This document shows positions 22,222 to 35,990 of a stretch of DNA of 64,000 nt, piece by piece; position 1 is the stretch's first letter, and every line of letters begins with the position of its first letter. Position numbers and translations under genes: made by a program. Source of the DNA: Rhodosorus marinus CCMP1338. Lineage: Eukaryota > Plantae > Rhodophyta. Under the pieces are notes generated by a model that worked only from the letters and a program-made list of their open reading frames with translations, was not told where the DNA came from and ran no database searches. The DNA lies in assembly GCA_029953675.1 (NCBI GenBank), contig JAMWBK010000001.1:2170001-2234000 (forward strand). The letters are read 5' to 3'.

Positions 22222-25200
22222 ATATGATTTTTTCTACTCAAAACGTTTCTCTAGCTCAAAACAGCGAACAGCGATAGCACGCTCGCCCTCTCTCCCTGGC
22301 CCTTCCCTTGACAACTCCCCACCCACCGATTACCCTGTTTATTGTAAGTCCGTAAGAGAATCACTGCTGGAGTTTCGTGCGAAGCTTGGTGTCGAAAAGA
22401 CTAGCGTAGGATGCAAGCTCGCAACCTTGCTTTTGCTAGATTCCTGTTCGAAATCGTAGGCTGCTGGAAAGTAAATCTCTGCTTTTGCTTGCGGAAGTGA
22501 TGCTTCTCGGAGGAAACATCTCAGAAAGACTCCTTGAGCTACTTCCAGTCTACTGTTAGTTGTTTAACTCGCAATATTGTGATGGATTCAAAGTCCATGT
22601 CATTTGGGTATGGTCGGGCTTTCGTTCTAGAGAGATGCGAGGAAAGTTCCAAAATGCATGAACCGACTGAAAGTGTCCCAGTGGGCAGCCGCCGACGAGC
22701 AGCAGTCCGTACTCAATATGTTGCCGCGGATCTGGACAACCTGGTCTCCGATGTCCAACCAACAAGGTTACAATTCAGATGCTTCTCGAATTTCTATTCA
22801 ATGGAAGTAGATTTCGATGAGTTCTGAGTTACGCAAGCAAATGTGGTGATGAGCATTCTGATCTTCGTTTCTACAGCATCAATCCTAGCGAAGAGTTCAC
22901 CCTCGAGATACTATAAGAATGTTGGATCCCGTACTGTCAGATCTGTTGACGTTGTTCAATGCTTCGCTCGAGAGGCGCTAGAAACAGGATTGATTAAAAA
23001 CTGGGCACTATTTCTCTCAGTAATCCGTGTCCGTCGAGACCTTGTTCAGGATTCATTCTCTCGTTGTCCGCCGTGTGCAGCCCACGGCTGATAGGGAAGG
23101 GAAAGCAACCAGGGCTTCGTCGGGCCTGCTGCATGCAGTGATTTGTTGAGATCATTGAGCTAGATGGATGCGTGAAACCACAGGCACCCACAGATAGGCT
23201 TCTTGCCATGTCGGGTGCCATCATCTCTCCGAACGAGTTCTGCAAGGTCATCTTGTAACTGTTCATGCCATTCTGAGAAGCTCACTCCCTCCCCCAGCTC
23301 AGGCCGAAGTTCAGTATAGCCGGTGTCAATATTCCGGACGAGGTAGGGTCCTTACGTGGTCTTGAAACCAACTATAGCGAGGCTACTGAATATCAACGCC
23401 GGAAATCTGAGCGCAAGGCCCCTGACCAAGCTACAGCGCGAGGAAATTGGTTCTGCTTTGGTTGCGGATGTCAAAATTGAGTCAAGACTGCGCAACCTCA
23501 ACGCCGGAAATTGGAGCGTAAAAGCCCTGGCCAAACGACAGCGCGAGCAAGTTGTTCTGCGCAGTTTCGGATGAATTGTGTCAGGATTGTGTTATCTAAA
23601 CCGTCCCGCGATTTAAGTTTATGACATTTACCTTCTAGCACTGATGGACATCATGCCTCTACTGAGCTCGCGAGCCTAGAGCATTCCGGGTTCATGAATT
23701 TGATCTCCGCGAGTATTCAAAAATACTCCTCCAGCGCTGGTTTCTTCAGCAGCAGTAGCGAGTAAACAACGTTTCAGGGGGTACAGTCTACCTACTGTAT
23801 TCTGACATTCGAAAGCTGAAGAACAAGTATGTTGAACGTTAAAAAAGGCAAACGCAAGACTGGTCGGTCAGTCACGTAGAAAAGCCGGCGAGGGAAAAAA
23901 AAATTACCTCTCGCATTTCAACACGCTCGGCATTCTCCAGATCAAGTGGACTTTGCCGCGTGGACGTCAAGCCGCCACTTGGAGGGGAGGGAGGATGGCG
24001 GGGCGGAATTCCGAGCCTGACGGTACGGCCAAGAAGCTCCTCATCGACTATTGCGGGAATTCCAAAACAGGAAACGCGAAAACAAGACGACACCGTCCAC
24101 TGCCTAGGGTCGAGAGCGAAAAACACAGAATTGAAAGCCGCGACAGAGAACCAGCAAGTTTTACTCAAGACGATCGCGAAAGTCCAGACAACCATCTCAA
24201 CCATCGTAGTACCGTAGTTCAGTGATTTCGTTTTCTGAGGTGCTTAACACGCCCTCAACGTCCACGAAACTGGAAACTCATACCCCAGCTGGAACCTACT
24301 GGACATCGACCGACTCTAAGCATTCAGCAAGGTGACTAAAATATGGCAGAAACATTATTATTTTAACAATCCAATCCTCCACTTATTTTCCTGAGCTAAT
24401 CACCTCTGACCAATAATAATTTAAACACGTGTCCTATTTATTACAAAAATAGGATCAAATCAAATATATTAACTTTTGTCTTGTTTAAGAAATATACTGG
24501 CCAAATCGGGTTTGGTTGGTTGGTTCGTTCAGTCCCCACCCCCAACCCCTCCCCGAATTTTGTTTTTAAAAACAATCCCTTGGGAGAGCAAATCTGGTCG
24601 TTAGACCAATGTTCCAATGGCCAGAGTTTCTTGATTTTTTGTTTGTTAGGCTTTTCCGGCGCGATTTTACGAATTCAGAAATAAATAAACAAAACAGAAA
24701 CTGACCAAAAAAACAACAAAAAAACACCACCACCCCCCAAAAAACAAAAAATATTTCGTTTTACCAAACAACACCAATCTCTTTTAGATTTATTTCAAAA
24801 ATGGGAAGCTATCTGGGAGGACACGAATATTGAAAAATATAAATTTTATAGAAGAATTTCCGATGACGTGGGTGGAATGTTAAAAAATTTAGATACGTTG
24901 ATATTTGAATTAAAGTAATTTTAACCTATAATTGGGTGGTAGATGTAATTTTTTCATTTATTAAATATAGAGTATGAATTCTTATTCGCGATGAGAGTTT
25001 TTATCGTCTTTTCTTTTGGTGGATGAGGTTGAAGATGATGAAGATGGAGAGAACGGTTCGACATTTGGTTAGTTGTTTGGTTTGGCTTTGGCTTGCTTTC
25101 CTCCTCCCCCCCCCCCTTCTTTCCCTTCCCTTCTGGTCCTCGGGGCATCATAGAGATTTTGGATCTTCGCTAGTGCTTGTGAAGGGGTTGGAAGAGGATG

Positions 25201-25758
25201 GTGAAGTAAAGCTTTGTGGTTCGGTCTGCTTCCTACGCTTTTACCCTCTCTCTCTACCACACCCCCCCTCCGCCCCCCACCGCCAAAGGATGTCATCAGA
25301 TGGATTTTGATGAATGGGGGAAGGTGGGAAGTGCTTAGGGTTTGGAAACAGATGGTTAAGCAAAAACTTTGCTGAGTGTGACGTTTTGGCGGTGTTGTTG
25401 CTTATCCAAAGTCCTTTCACCGCGTGGTGCTCCCCGATCAAGATAGAGATGTGCGTTTGTTTTTGTTTTTTTGTGCTTTTTCCATCACCTGCGATGAAGG
25501 GCTTACCAGGGACAGGCCCTGGATCGCACTGGATAGTGCGCCTGTGCGTGGATAGATTTCACTTTTCGGTGCTGAGAGGGAAACGCAAGTGAACACCCCA
25601 AAACGCAGTATTTAATCGGTTCATGAATTGCATGCGTGAACGGTGTTGGGAGAGCACTTTACTAATGCGCCTTTATCTTAGGTAGGCAGGGAGGGAGTGA
25701 GATGGTAGACTGGAGTAAGGGGCGTGAAGTTAATAGGTGGATCACTCTGTTCAAGAAA

Positions 25759-26361
25759 ATGGCAGAGCCTCTTTGTTTCGTTATGCCCGCGCTGCCGAAT
25801 CTGCGTGGTGGAAATACGGGGACGGAAGAGCTGCTGAAGAGGGGTTCTTCGGTGGTCATTGCCGTGTCAGGCAGGTCCACCCAGTAAGTGCTAGAATTCC
25901 GACCTGTTCGTTCGAAGTTGAAAACCATGGACCGTCCGCCTGACATGTAAATGTGTCTCTACTCCCACAGGAAGTTTGCTGAGAGCTGGCTGTCTCAACT
26001 GAAAGAACAAGTGCCGGAGGCGACCTACGTTGCGGTTGCTGATCTTTCAACAGTTCCCGGGCTTCTCAAGCCTGCTGTTGTCAAAGTCTTGAGGTCGACC
26101 ATTCCAGAGGATCCTTCTTGTCCACTGCTGTTAGACACACGCGGACACTTCAAAAAAGTGTACAGCAACACTCAAAACACAGCTTCCTTGTTTGTTGTCG
26201 ACAAACGCGGCAATCTACTGTTGCACAAGGAGGCAAAAGATCCTAGTCCTTCCGACTTCGACGAGGTTGTTGCGGCCATACAGAAGTCGAACGGGTTTCT
26301 CGGCCCGCTACTAGAAAATCTGTCTAGCTCACTGTCTTCTTCCTCAAGTCTTAAGCTCTAG
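25759..26361 (+). CDS. Thioredoxin-like-fold protein without CxxC (redoxin/ATP10/YtfJ-like), 2 exons
   Basis: MAEPLCFVMPALPNLRG..ELLKRGSSVVIAVSGRSTQ|KFAESWL..YVAVADLS..PLLLDTRG..SLFVVDKRGNLL. The gtaagt...cacag intron (about 25885-25970) is in frame. Confidence 0.6.
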
Positions 26362-26830
26362 CCAGATCGCACGCTGCCTCCCGGTTTGCGTATAAATGTA
26401 CATATGGGCTGCTTGCTTCCCGTGAGTGCTTGTACTACTGGACTACTAGCCCGCTGCACAAGAAAGCTAATAAATGAAAGACGTGGATTAGAAGCTCAGC
26501 AAGTGTAGCCACTCGGAAGGCTTTCACGGTTAGTTCGGTCAGCCTTGGCAAAAGGCATCTACTGCGTCCCTGCGCGCGAAGCATGAATCCCACGGGCTGT
26601 ACTCAAGCGCGGAAGCTCCTCGTTGAGTGTCGGAACTGGCGTCGCCGATGGTGTCTGGGTATCCAGGTTCTAGAACGGATGTGGTGGGTGGCGAACTGTC
26701 TAACCTTGTGGACAAAGACTCATTCCAGTTGCGACTATGACAGTCCAGTACTGTAACCTTAGTTCAAAAGTTGTTCTCTTCTTTAAATATTTCACACGTT
26801 CTGCTTAGTGAGCTGAAAAAGTCGTTGCCG

Positions 26831-27496
26831 CTATACATGGCACGGAGTTTTCGAGTAGTGGGCTCCTCCGCATTTCGAGCACCGTACGGTGCGTGGCTTT
26901 CTGTACGGTTCAAAGTCTTCAACTTGCTCGACACGTTCTTTCCGTTTTTTACGGATGTTTTTACTAGGAAATTCGTGCTGTTGAACCTGAGCGGTTTGTG
27001 AGCTGCACGTCCGACTGTTATGTCCATGTTCATGACACCGCGAGCACGTTACGCGCCTACTGGAGTTCGGCTTGGCCGCTATTTGCCTCTCCTTCCTCAG
27101 CTTTGTAAGAATATGCCAAGCAGTTCTGTACGGAACAGTCATCCCATGACTGTACCTAATAGAGCTGATAACATCATTAGGCGTCGCATCTTCGACATTT
27201 TCAAGAACGTAAATTGCCTCCTGCACCAGCCCCTCATGCCCGACCTTCGCCTTGGCAGAGCAGAACGGGTGATGCGGTTTGTACTTGATCAATCGAGCCC
27301 CACCACCATACATCGAAGTTAAATTCATATGAAATTGACACCTCCCATCCTTATCCTCTTTCCTCGAAGGACACTGAATCGCAAACCTTTTCTTATCGCT
27401 CGAGACAACGTAGTAGGCCACTTCGTACTCAAAGCAGTATCGCTTAATGGCCTTTTTGCCTTCACCTACGTCCTTAAACGTCTCTCCAATTCTCAT
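26831..27496 (-). mobile_element. MuDR/Mutator transposase-derived ORF (221 aa): N-terminal MuDR domain plus two zinc knuckles, no DDE core
   Basis: IGETFKDVGEGKKAIKRY...SDKKRF.IQC...CQFH...KYKPHHPFC (MuDR DNA-binding domain pattern); VTCSRCHEHGHNSRTC and VRCSKCGGAHYSKTPC. Confidence 0.7.
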
Positions 27497-30275
27497 CTTG
27501 TACCAATGAACAGTCCATTCATAGTCATAGGAATTAAAACCTCGAAAACTGTTAAAAACAACTTACTCCATCAGAGGCAAAGTCCAATCCCTGGTTTCCC
27601 ACCCCCCTTTTCCTCCCCAAAAGTGCCCTTTCACCTCCTTCCCCAGAAAACTGATCGGCCAAACCCGTCTTTCTCCTTCAGTATTTAAGAATAGGCAAAT
27701 TATTAAAAACTTTACATACAAACGTTGAAAGCATGGTATAAAACGCCTTATTATTATCGTAAATTTACATAAAATAAAAAGCTAAGAGCCCCACCGGCGC
27801 GCGCTTTTTTTGAAATTAAATAGGTATGTTTTGATATAAATTAAGGTCATTCTATTGATTATAGAAGTAAGAGTCTATTCTTAGGGTGAGCTGGGGACAA
27901 AAGAAGCGTGCGCTCTTGAGCCTTTCCCGGTTTTTTTGGCTCGGGTCGCGCGAGGACATTCGGGATCCTTTCACTATTGGTTCCTGTCCAGGTGTCCATT
28001 GTCGGCAATCACCTCAGTGTAACCATGGTAGTTTAGATATGTGAGCATCTTGGACTTCCATCACCCGAATGCTGACCTGTTCCCTTCTCTGCCCGAAGAA
28101 AGGTTCAGGCATCCCGCCACCCTCCTTTTGCTTCCCTCGCCAATGTAGGCACCCTCTCCACACTCAGGACATAAGGGCAAAAAAAAGCAATTGCCGTAGC
28201 GGCTGACACCACGTTCAGGAATACTCCCAGCCCTCACATATTTGGTGCCTTCTTCAGCTAGCAATTACAGTATCTTCGTCAACTCAACCGGGGGTAAGCC
28301 GGAAAAGTAGAGAGCCACAAGGAGCGGCTTGAAACAAGGATCGATAGCGGTATCCACATGCACGTGAACGAGATTCGTCCACATGCACGTGAACGAATCT
28401 CGCAGGCGTCTACAAACCTGCACGGATAGATTTCGTTTCGGTGTGCGAGTCTAGTGCATTTATCAGAGACTTCCGGTCTGTACACACGCTCTTAGCTTCG
28501 TGTCGTGGCCAACGGCGCGTTGTGGTGTGAAGCGCGTAGCATTCGACTTCAGCGTTTCCGAATCGGAATCAGAATCAGAATTGGTTTATTCGGAGGCCAA
28601 GGTACCTGCATGAAGTAAGTACTTTAGAAAGGGCGAGAAAGCTAACCTCCAAAATCAAGGCAGCATTATGGCACCGTAGCTCTGTTGTTCTCAGAATAGT
28701 TGGTCTGATAAACGCACTTGTCACGTTCTGAAGTTCGATACCCGGCCCAAGGGGTCGACCACAGGCTAAAGAACGACCAGTGGAGAGCAATGCAGCTGCT
28801 TTGCTTGATGCAGAAATAGTAAATCATTCGGAGGAGACAGTGCATCCACGCTACGCCGAAGACGGGAGGAGAACTGCTGCTGGAGGAGCTGTGTGTTCGT
28901 TTGAAATCGAACCTTTGGGAAGGATTTGACATAGAATAGGACATGGATTGGACAGATTTGGGATCGGGCTCGGTGTGTGTCGGGTGGAGGTAGTGGTGAC
29001 TGAACTGAGAGAAAGCAGTGCCTTAGGAGCGTAGTGCATCTTGGACATGAATACAGAGCAAAAACCGGGGGTATGGTGATCTGCTGGTGCTTGTGTTCCA
29101 TGGAGCTGGGTTTTTATACACTGCGTGGAGTGCAGCGCCTCGAGAGGACTGGCCTCCAGAGGTTCAATTGCTGCTGGGTAAACTGGTGGGATTGGAATGT
29201 TTCCTTGCCCAATGAAAGGTCCAAGACTCAGCAGGCGGGAAGAAAACAAGGCAAAATCTGCCATAATCAAAAAACATTAATCAAAGAGGGATTCTCGCGT
29301 ATACATCAAGAACACACTCTGCCAAGGTACTACTAGCCCTATGCGTCCTCTGAAATGCTGTCCAATGCTCTGGTGCGCTCTATCGGGTTTTGGCAGCATG
29401 ACGATACGGTAGGAAAAACTCCGTTTCGTTCCAATCTGTTCCGTCACAACACCAATCGCAATGAAAGCGGTCGACGCGATTCAGTCTGGACTTATCAACC
29501 CTTCCTCTCCCATCTACTCTAGCGCTAGTAGGCTAAAAAGCAATCCACAGCACCACGCCCCTCAAAAAACCCCATCGTTCCCACCACTGCTGAACAGCAC
29601 CGCCACCAAACACCCTCTCCCAGAGCTCTCCCTACTCTAGATCAAAACGCTCCCAAAAAAAGGCTTGTAAACGGGTCTAATAGTTCAAAAACTTTGCCAC
29701 AATCGTATTGTCAGTACATAATTTATGTTGAGAAGATATCTAATTTATGCACATTTTTCTACAACACAGATATTTTTTTTGTTCGTTAGGACAGTCTGTC
29801 CATTCAATGGTCTAATATAAAGAATAGTCATTCATAAAATAAAACCCTTAGCTTCTATTGGAAAGAAATAGTGCCTATATAAACCTAGAAATTGAATATT
29901 TAGATTATTGTGGTTTAGAATTAGGAGTGTTACACGAGCGTAGGTGGGCGTTGGTGTCCCTCTAAACGGGGAACCGTGAGGAGGACACGATTAACAGGAG
30001 AATGTAAGTTTTGATGGCGGTTTTTAAAGCTTTTTCGGGGACTAGTTGGATGTATTTGAGAGCGGCAGGTGAGAGCAATTTCTTGAGACTTGTTGGTGGT
30101 TTTTCTTTGGGGGAAGGGGGAGAGGCAGAAGACTTGGAGCTAGTGATAAGAATCCAAGGTTTTTTTTTTTTTTTGGTGCGTGGTTTTTGGAATGAGAGGG
30201 CTGTGACTGGATTTGCAGAAAAGTGAAACGAGGAAGGGTTAAGTTTTGCTGTTGTAAAAAGCAAAACAAATTAGG

Positions 30276-31375
30276 ATGACGGCGAATGGGAACTCATCGG
30301 CTGATCCATCTACGGTGCCGTCCTCAAGGAAAAAGTCTGAGATCAACTTCGACCTGCTTAAGGAGACGCTTCCTTCAGATGTGGATCCCAAACTCGTGGA
30401 TGAGATGAGGGGCCTGTTGAAGCAGCACACGGACCTGTCCTCTGTTGAGCAGAAGTGGTTGGATGACAACTGCCTGCGAAGATACTTGCGTGCGAGGAAG
30501 ATGGACGTGAAGAAGGCTTATAAAATGCTGGCGGAGACCATTAAGTGGAGAAGAAGTTTTGGCGTGGAGGGCCTGCTCTTGGGGGATTTGCAGACAGTCA
30601 AGAAGGAATCAGAGACCGGGAAGACATACGTTAGAGGTAACGACCAGACGGGCAGAGCTGTGCTCTACATGAAGCCAAGGAACCAGAATTCCAAGGAAAC
30701 CAAGGGACAGCTACAACAGCTGGTACGATATTTGACCGGCGCAGATCAATTGTAGTTTCAGCAAACTCTCCTGGAACCTGGCTGACTATCCCTTGTTGGC
30801 AGGTATACACTCTTGAGCGTGCCAGAGGTGAGTCTATCCCACCCCAGGAGAAGATCACCTTGCTCCTGGACTTCAAGGGATATTCTATGAAGAACGCTCC
30901 AAGCGTGAAGACAATGCGCGAGACTTTGAACATCCTCCAGGTATATCTCCTAGCGAGCGCGCGATTCTAGAGATTTTACCGTCACTGAGTGCTGACTTTC
31001 TTATCTCGGTTTCTCTACCGGTCCCTGATATAGAACCACTATCCCGAGACTTTGGGTATCGCCGTATGCATAGAAGCACCTGCGCTTTTCTCTACAATGT
31101 ACAAAATGATCAAACCCTTCATTGACCCGGACACGGCGAAGAAAATTCAGTTCGTCAGCAAAACGAAAGGCTTCAAGGAGGACTCCAAGGCTAAAAGGTT
31201 TATGGAAGGTCTCTTCAACAAGGAAACGGTACGCTTTGTATTCTACAAATAACATATTTCTTAAGATATACTCTGACCCTCCGTGGATTTTGGTATAAAC
31301 ATCTAGCTGGAGACCGAGTTTGGAGGCTCCGATCCAGAGCCTTACAGCAACGAAAAGTACTTTGCAGAAAGGTGA
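30276..31375 (+). CDS. CRAL-TRIO (Sec14-like) lipid-binding protein, about 4 exons
   Basis: DDNCLRRYLRARKMDVKKAYKML..WRR, GKTYVRGNDQTGRAVLYMKP, LLLDFKGYS, HYPETLG..EAPALF..YKMIKPFIDPDTAKKIQF, LETEFGG; stop at 31373-31375. Confidence 0.93.
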
Positions 31376-31651
31376 GGTGGACAACCGCTGTTGAACACTA
31401 CCCGTAACAGGCAACCGCGATGAGTGGCTCAAGAAAATGTCTAACCCTATTGCAACTCCTCGGAACAGGTTCGTACCGGAGTACATGAGGTAGATTGACA
31501 TGAGCGATTCGCAAGGCTGCAAAACTACGGTGAAACCCTCCGGCTGGCCTGATCCAGCCCAAGGTCATCTCTTGCCTGCAGGTCTTCCCACGATGGAACA
31601 CTATATCCCTCGTAAAATTACTTATTAAGATCATAGGAACGCCGCGTGCTG

Positions 31652-33058
31652 TCATCTTGACGAAGCTCTCCCTTTTCGGCTGGCTTGCTTTGACGAAGCA
31701 GTCTTCCGTTGGTGACTTTTTCCGGAGTTCGCGGAAGTGTCTGTTATCTTTGACTTAGGATCACCTTTCTGCTTGGACTCAGAACCAGCCCTTGACGAAG
31801 GCTTCTTTGATTCGATAGTATGCTTTGCCTTCGCAAGAGACTTAGCCTTTGGACCACCATTCGCCTTTGAGTCAACCTTCGCTCTTTTGGATTTCTTCGG
31901 CCGGGATATGGTCTCAGCCTCAGGCGCACCCTTCTTGAGTACTAATGGTTTGGTCGCACCAGTTGGGCTGAGCCGTTTCAAGGGCGCAGGTTGTATGTCC
32001 AGCGTACCCCCTTCCGGTTTTGTTGGAGCGATCGTCCCAGCGGGAGAGAGCTGGACGGGTTGTCGTTGACCGCCATAGACTAGCTTCGAATTTTCCACTG
32101 GGCTTGAGGGCACCGGCGACGCCCACGGGGCAGCGACCCACGTCATTCCAGGAACTTGAAGAACAGACTGATAGGCCAGCGGGATGAGTGGCACCGAAGG
32201 CGTGACGGGATTCGCCGAAGCGGTAGCCTTGTTTCCACTCTTGTCATCTTCCTTCCTCGCTGGAGCTGGTTGCACTGCCCTCGGTGTAAGGACTGTTCTC
32301 GGACTCGGTCCAGGCTGGATCGGGGTATCAGCACTCATGAGGCGCTGCTGTTTTGGAAAACAGAAAAAAATGGAGGAATGTTCTCTCATGTATTAGCTAG
32401 GGCTTCTAGCAGCTGTAGGGTTTTTCGCAACGGAAGAGGCGACTCTCCTGTCAAACTCACCAAAGGGGGAAATGCGTTTTCCGGCTGTTGGATGAAAATG
32501 GGCGTGTTGGCAGTTTGGACTCCGTTCCTCTGCTCAATGCTCCCCTGCTTACCGCTTTCCGGGGTCAACGAAGCTATTCGTACCAGTCCAGGCACGGGTA
32601 GTTTTGCCGTGATCGTTTGCCCGAGTGGTTTCGGCGCCATCGAAGTCGCTTTCGAGCCAGGTTTCGGACTCTTCTCAGTCTCCTTAACCCCAGTCGTTTT
32701 CCCATGAGATTTCATGTGCGAGGAGAGAGAGCTCTTCCATTTAAACGATTTAGCACAGTCTGGTACATCGCACTTGTACGGGGTTTCTCCAGTGTGCATC
32801 CTTCTATGCGCCTGCAAAGCATAAAAGCCGAAATCGTTCCTTAGTACTAGCCTGACGATTCGACGCTATGCTACAATTGCAAGATGCGATTCTGAATTCT
32901 GCGTCTCGTACCTTGAGATTCGACAACCTCTCAAACTTCTTCGGACATTTATCACAGTTGTGTACAGAAGCGCCATTATCCTTCTCAACTTCCTCACCCA
33001 CCAACGAAGATTCCCCCTCGGCCGGCAAACTCGGCTCAACCACTTGAACATTCACCAT
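31652..33058 (-). CDS. C2H2 zinc-finger protein (two fingers with HTGETPY linker) with a long Pro/Ser/Lys-rich tail, 3 exons
   Basis: [15 protein letters not shown]|[36 protein letters not shown]; the second intron gtgagt...aacag has a GCTAAT branch point. Confidence 0.88.
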
Positions 33059-33167
33059 AACGTCCGTACCCTCCTTAACTGCCTCCGGGGCCTCCTTCTT
33101 GCCCCCTACCTTTCCCCACCAAACCATAATATCAACCAGTAACGACTATCAGACATCACGCCCTCCC

Positions 33168-33200
<33 letters not shown>

Positions 33201-35990
33201 ACGACCCTCCTCTTACTCAGGCCTTCTCAGTGACAGAGGCACACTCACTCAAGACATTCCATCCAACCCCCACTGACTGTCAATCGTATAAACCTTTTCA
33301 TTAGCTACAAAAGGAGAACCCCCCACCCGCCCGCCAAAGAGGATACAAAAACCTTTAAAAACAAAATAACAGTGGCTGAACGATCTCTTCCTTCAAATCT
33401 TTACGATCACATCCTCCCGCTTGGCAACCATCTCCTCATCCTCCCCCTCCCCCACCCCAACCCACAAAATCTTTTTCCCGAACTGCCTCAGCTTTTATTT
33501 CATCATATCAAACCTTCCGGTCAGCGTTTCCCATCAAACCCTCTTTAGACAGGAGACTCTCAATTTTTTTTATGTACAGATTGAAATCTGTAGTTCCAAA
33601 TGAGAATTGTAATTTATTGCGGAAGAACAGGAGTTCTACGTCTAGATCGTAAACTCATATTTTAGTACAAGTAGACTATTGAATATTTGTTTTTATAAAA
33701 CCGATAAATTTTGTACTAAGACCATCGACGAAAGAAAAGTCGAAGAAATCCTGCGGGGGGAAGGGGGAGGGGGGAGTTGTTTTTAAAAGAAAAAAAACGA
33801 GCAGAGCCTGGCGTTGATCACCACCGGAACTAGAATCATAAATATTTAGTGTTTTTAGATATATATACGAGGATGTTCATAAGGTTGGTTTTGATTCGCT
33901 GACTGCGCTGTTTTGGAGCGGCACGATTGGGTATTTGAAGAATTAGATGGGGTCGAAGTGACTGCGTTTGAAAATGGTCCGGGACTAAAAATTGCGCATT
34001 TAAAGAATTTTTTCGACGTTTTGGTTTGCCGCCTGAATATCTTTGGACGATTTCTTTGGAGGGGTGGCGGACGCGTTGGATATTGCAACGATGATTGGAT
34101 AATAGTTTTCCAATTACATACCTTTTCAACTCGCTTATACCGTTTACCCATTTTTAGTTGCATTATTAAAGACAATAACAAAATAGATTAGGGGTATTGA
34201 CACTCCATTCGTTGAAAATAGTTTTCATATTAGGTTAATTTATATGTTCACATGAGAAACTCACTGGAAGTATATAGGGGGATTAATATACTAAATTGAT
34301 AATTGGATCACGGTTATCCAATGAAATACTCACTATTCCATTCGTATCTTAGGGCGGACATTATTCTTCAGTTTTTTTGGAAGGCTTACAGACTATGCTT
34401 ACATGAGAATGAACTTCGATAATGTGAAACTCCTGTGGTCTTGGAGGCGCGAAAGGGTGCTTGGTAGTCTGTATGGGCAGAGGGCGGTGAGATTGGTGTG
34501 TGCGTCGCGGCGGATGTACTTGAGATGCTGTGAGAGCTTTGGGCTGAAGCTGATTCCGTCGAGTGTCCTGGCTAGCGAGACATGGCCTTGTGCAACTCAC
34601 GAGGTTCACGTGGAGGCGGGAAAAGCAAGGGGATTGATCGGTCGTCTCTGTGAGCGCGAGCATGACTATCCATCGAACCGTTGAAAAAACTGCAAACTAG
34701 TAAGTCTATCGCAGCCTTCACTGGACAGGACTGAGCAGCATGAAATCATCTGGCCCTGAATCAATAGGTGATTGACAAGCTGGACTAGCGAACCCAGACC
34801 GCGCCGCGCGTTCTCGATCGACATCAAGGACAGCGTATTGGGTATTGCCAAGAATGCCTCCCATCCAATATGCGCACAGCCTGGAGGCTATGATCCCAGT
34901 ATCGCTAGCCTCCTCCTCCCTTCAAAGGGACAACACAAAGGAGACTTATCTACCTAGTCTCAGATGAACAGTCCAACGAGCACCAGCGCAGTCATCAGAG
35001 ATTGACTACTCTGACAGCAAAAAAAAGAAGACACATGTTACGCGCTTAAAACAACAAATGCGGAGGTGATTCGCCGTAACATGAAGCTCAGAGCCGTGTA
35101 CAGACCGGAAAGTGCAGTCTGGCCCTCACGGTAGCGGTCTTTGCAACCGCGTGCTCTATGCTACACCCACCCAAGACAAGTCCAAAAGCTCAACCCAAAC
35201 GCCCCAAAAAAACCAAACCACCCACCACCAAACCCGTTCATATTATCAATCAAAATTAGCATCAACGGACTACAAATTTTCTTCTATTTTCAATCATTCT
35301 CCCGCAGTTGACTGAATCTACAATTTTTACTCATTAATACGAGAAATATATTGACTAAAACCTAGACAATGTACGCCCAGCAGAGTCAGTCAATATCATC
35401 CGCAAAAACAAATGATTTGGGTTCAATATAGATTGATAATCTATTTTATTATAATAAATAGAATAGAATAGATTTATTTTCAGATGATTATGAAGAATAT
35501 GTAGTTTCTTTCTTTTTTAATCATTTGATGACTTGCTTTCATTGTTTATTTTTTGTGGTTGTAAAGAGCTCCGTTTGATTGCAGAAAAATTCACTAGCGC
35601 TGAAGATCTCCAGGGCGGTGAGACTAGTAAAGAAGGGCTGAGCCGGGGGGGGGCCTTTTGGAGGTATCATACAACGGCTTGATGAGAGGCGAAACCTTGA
35701 GAGTTTCTGGCCTGTGGTGTTAATCAAGCTGTGGAAAGCTCAGAAACTAAGAGACCAAGTAGTTTGACGAGGAGCGAGGGGGCGGGAGATCTGGTCCCGT
35801 AGCGCGAGGGGTGGGTTTTTTTCAGTTGAAAGGGGCGTAACTCGAGGGAGGTTAAGTGTTCGTGGAGAGAACGTCAGGCGTGGTTTCGGAGAGGGCTGAA
35901 GGGACTGGACGTCCGAACGCGAGGAGCGAAGAGCAGTTAAAAGGAGGAATTTAAGAGAAGGACGAGGAGAGGGTTGATCCACTGCGCAGG

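Noticed and set aside
26400-27950. TIRs around the MuDR-like ORF, and a MITE at 27781-27921
   Set aside because: Only a short, gapped inverted similarity was found, with no TSD.
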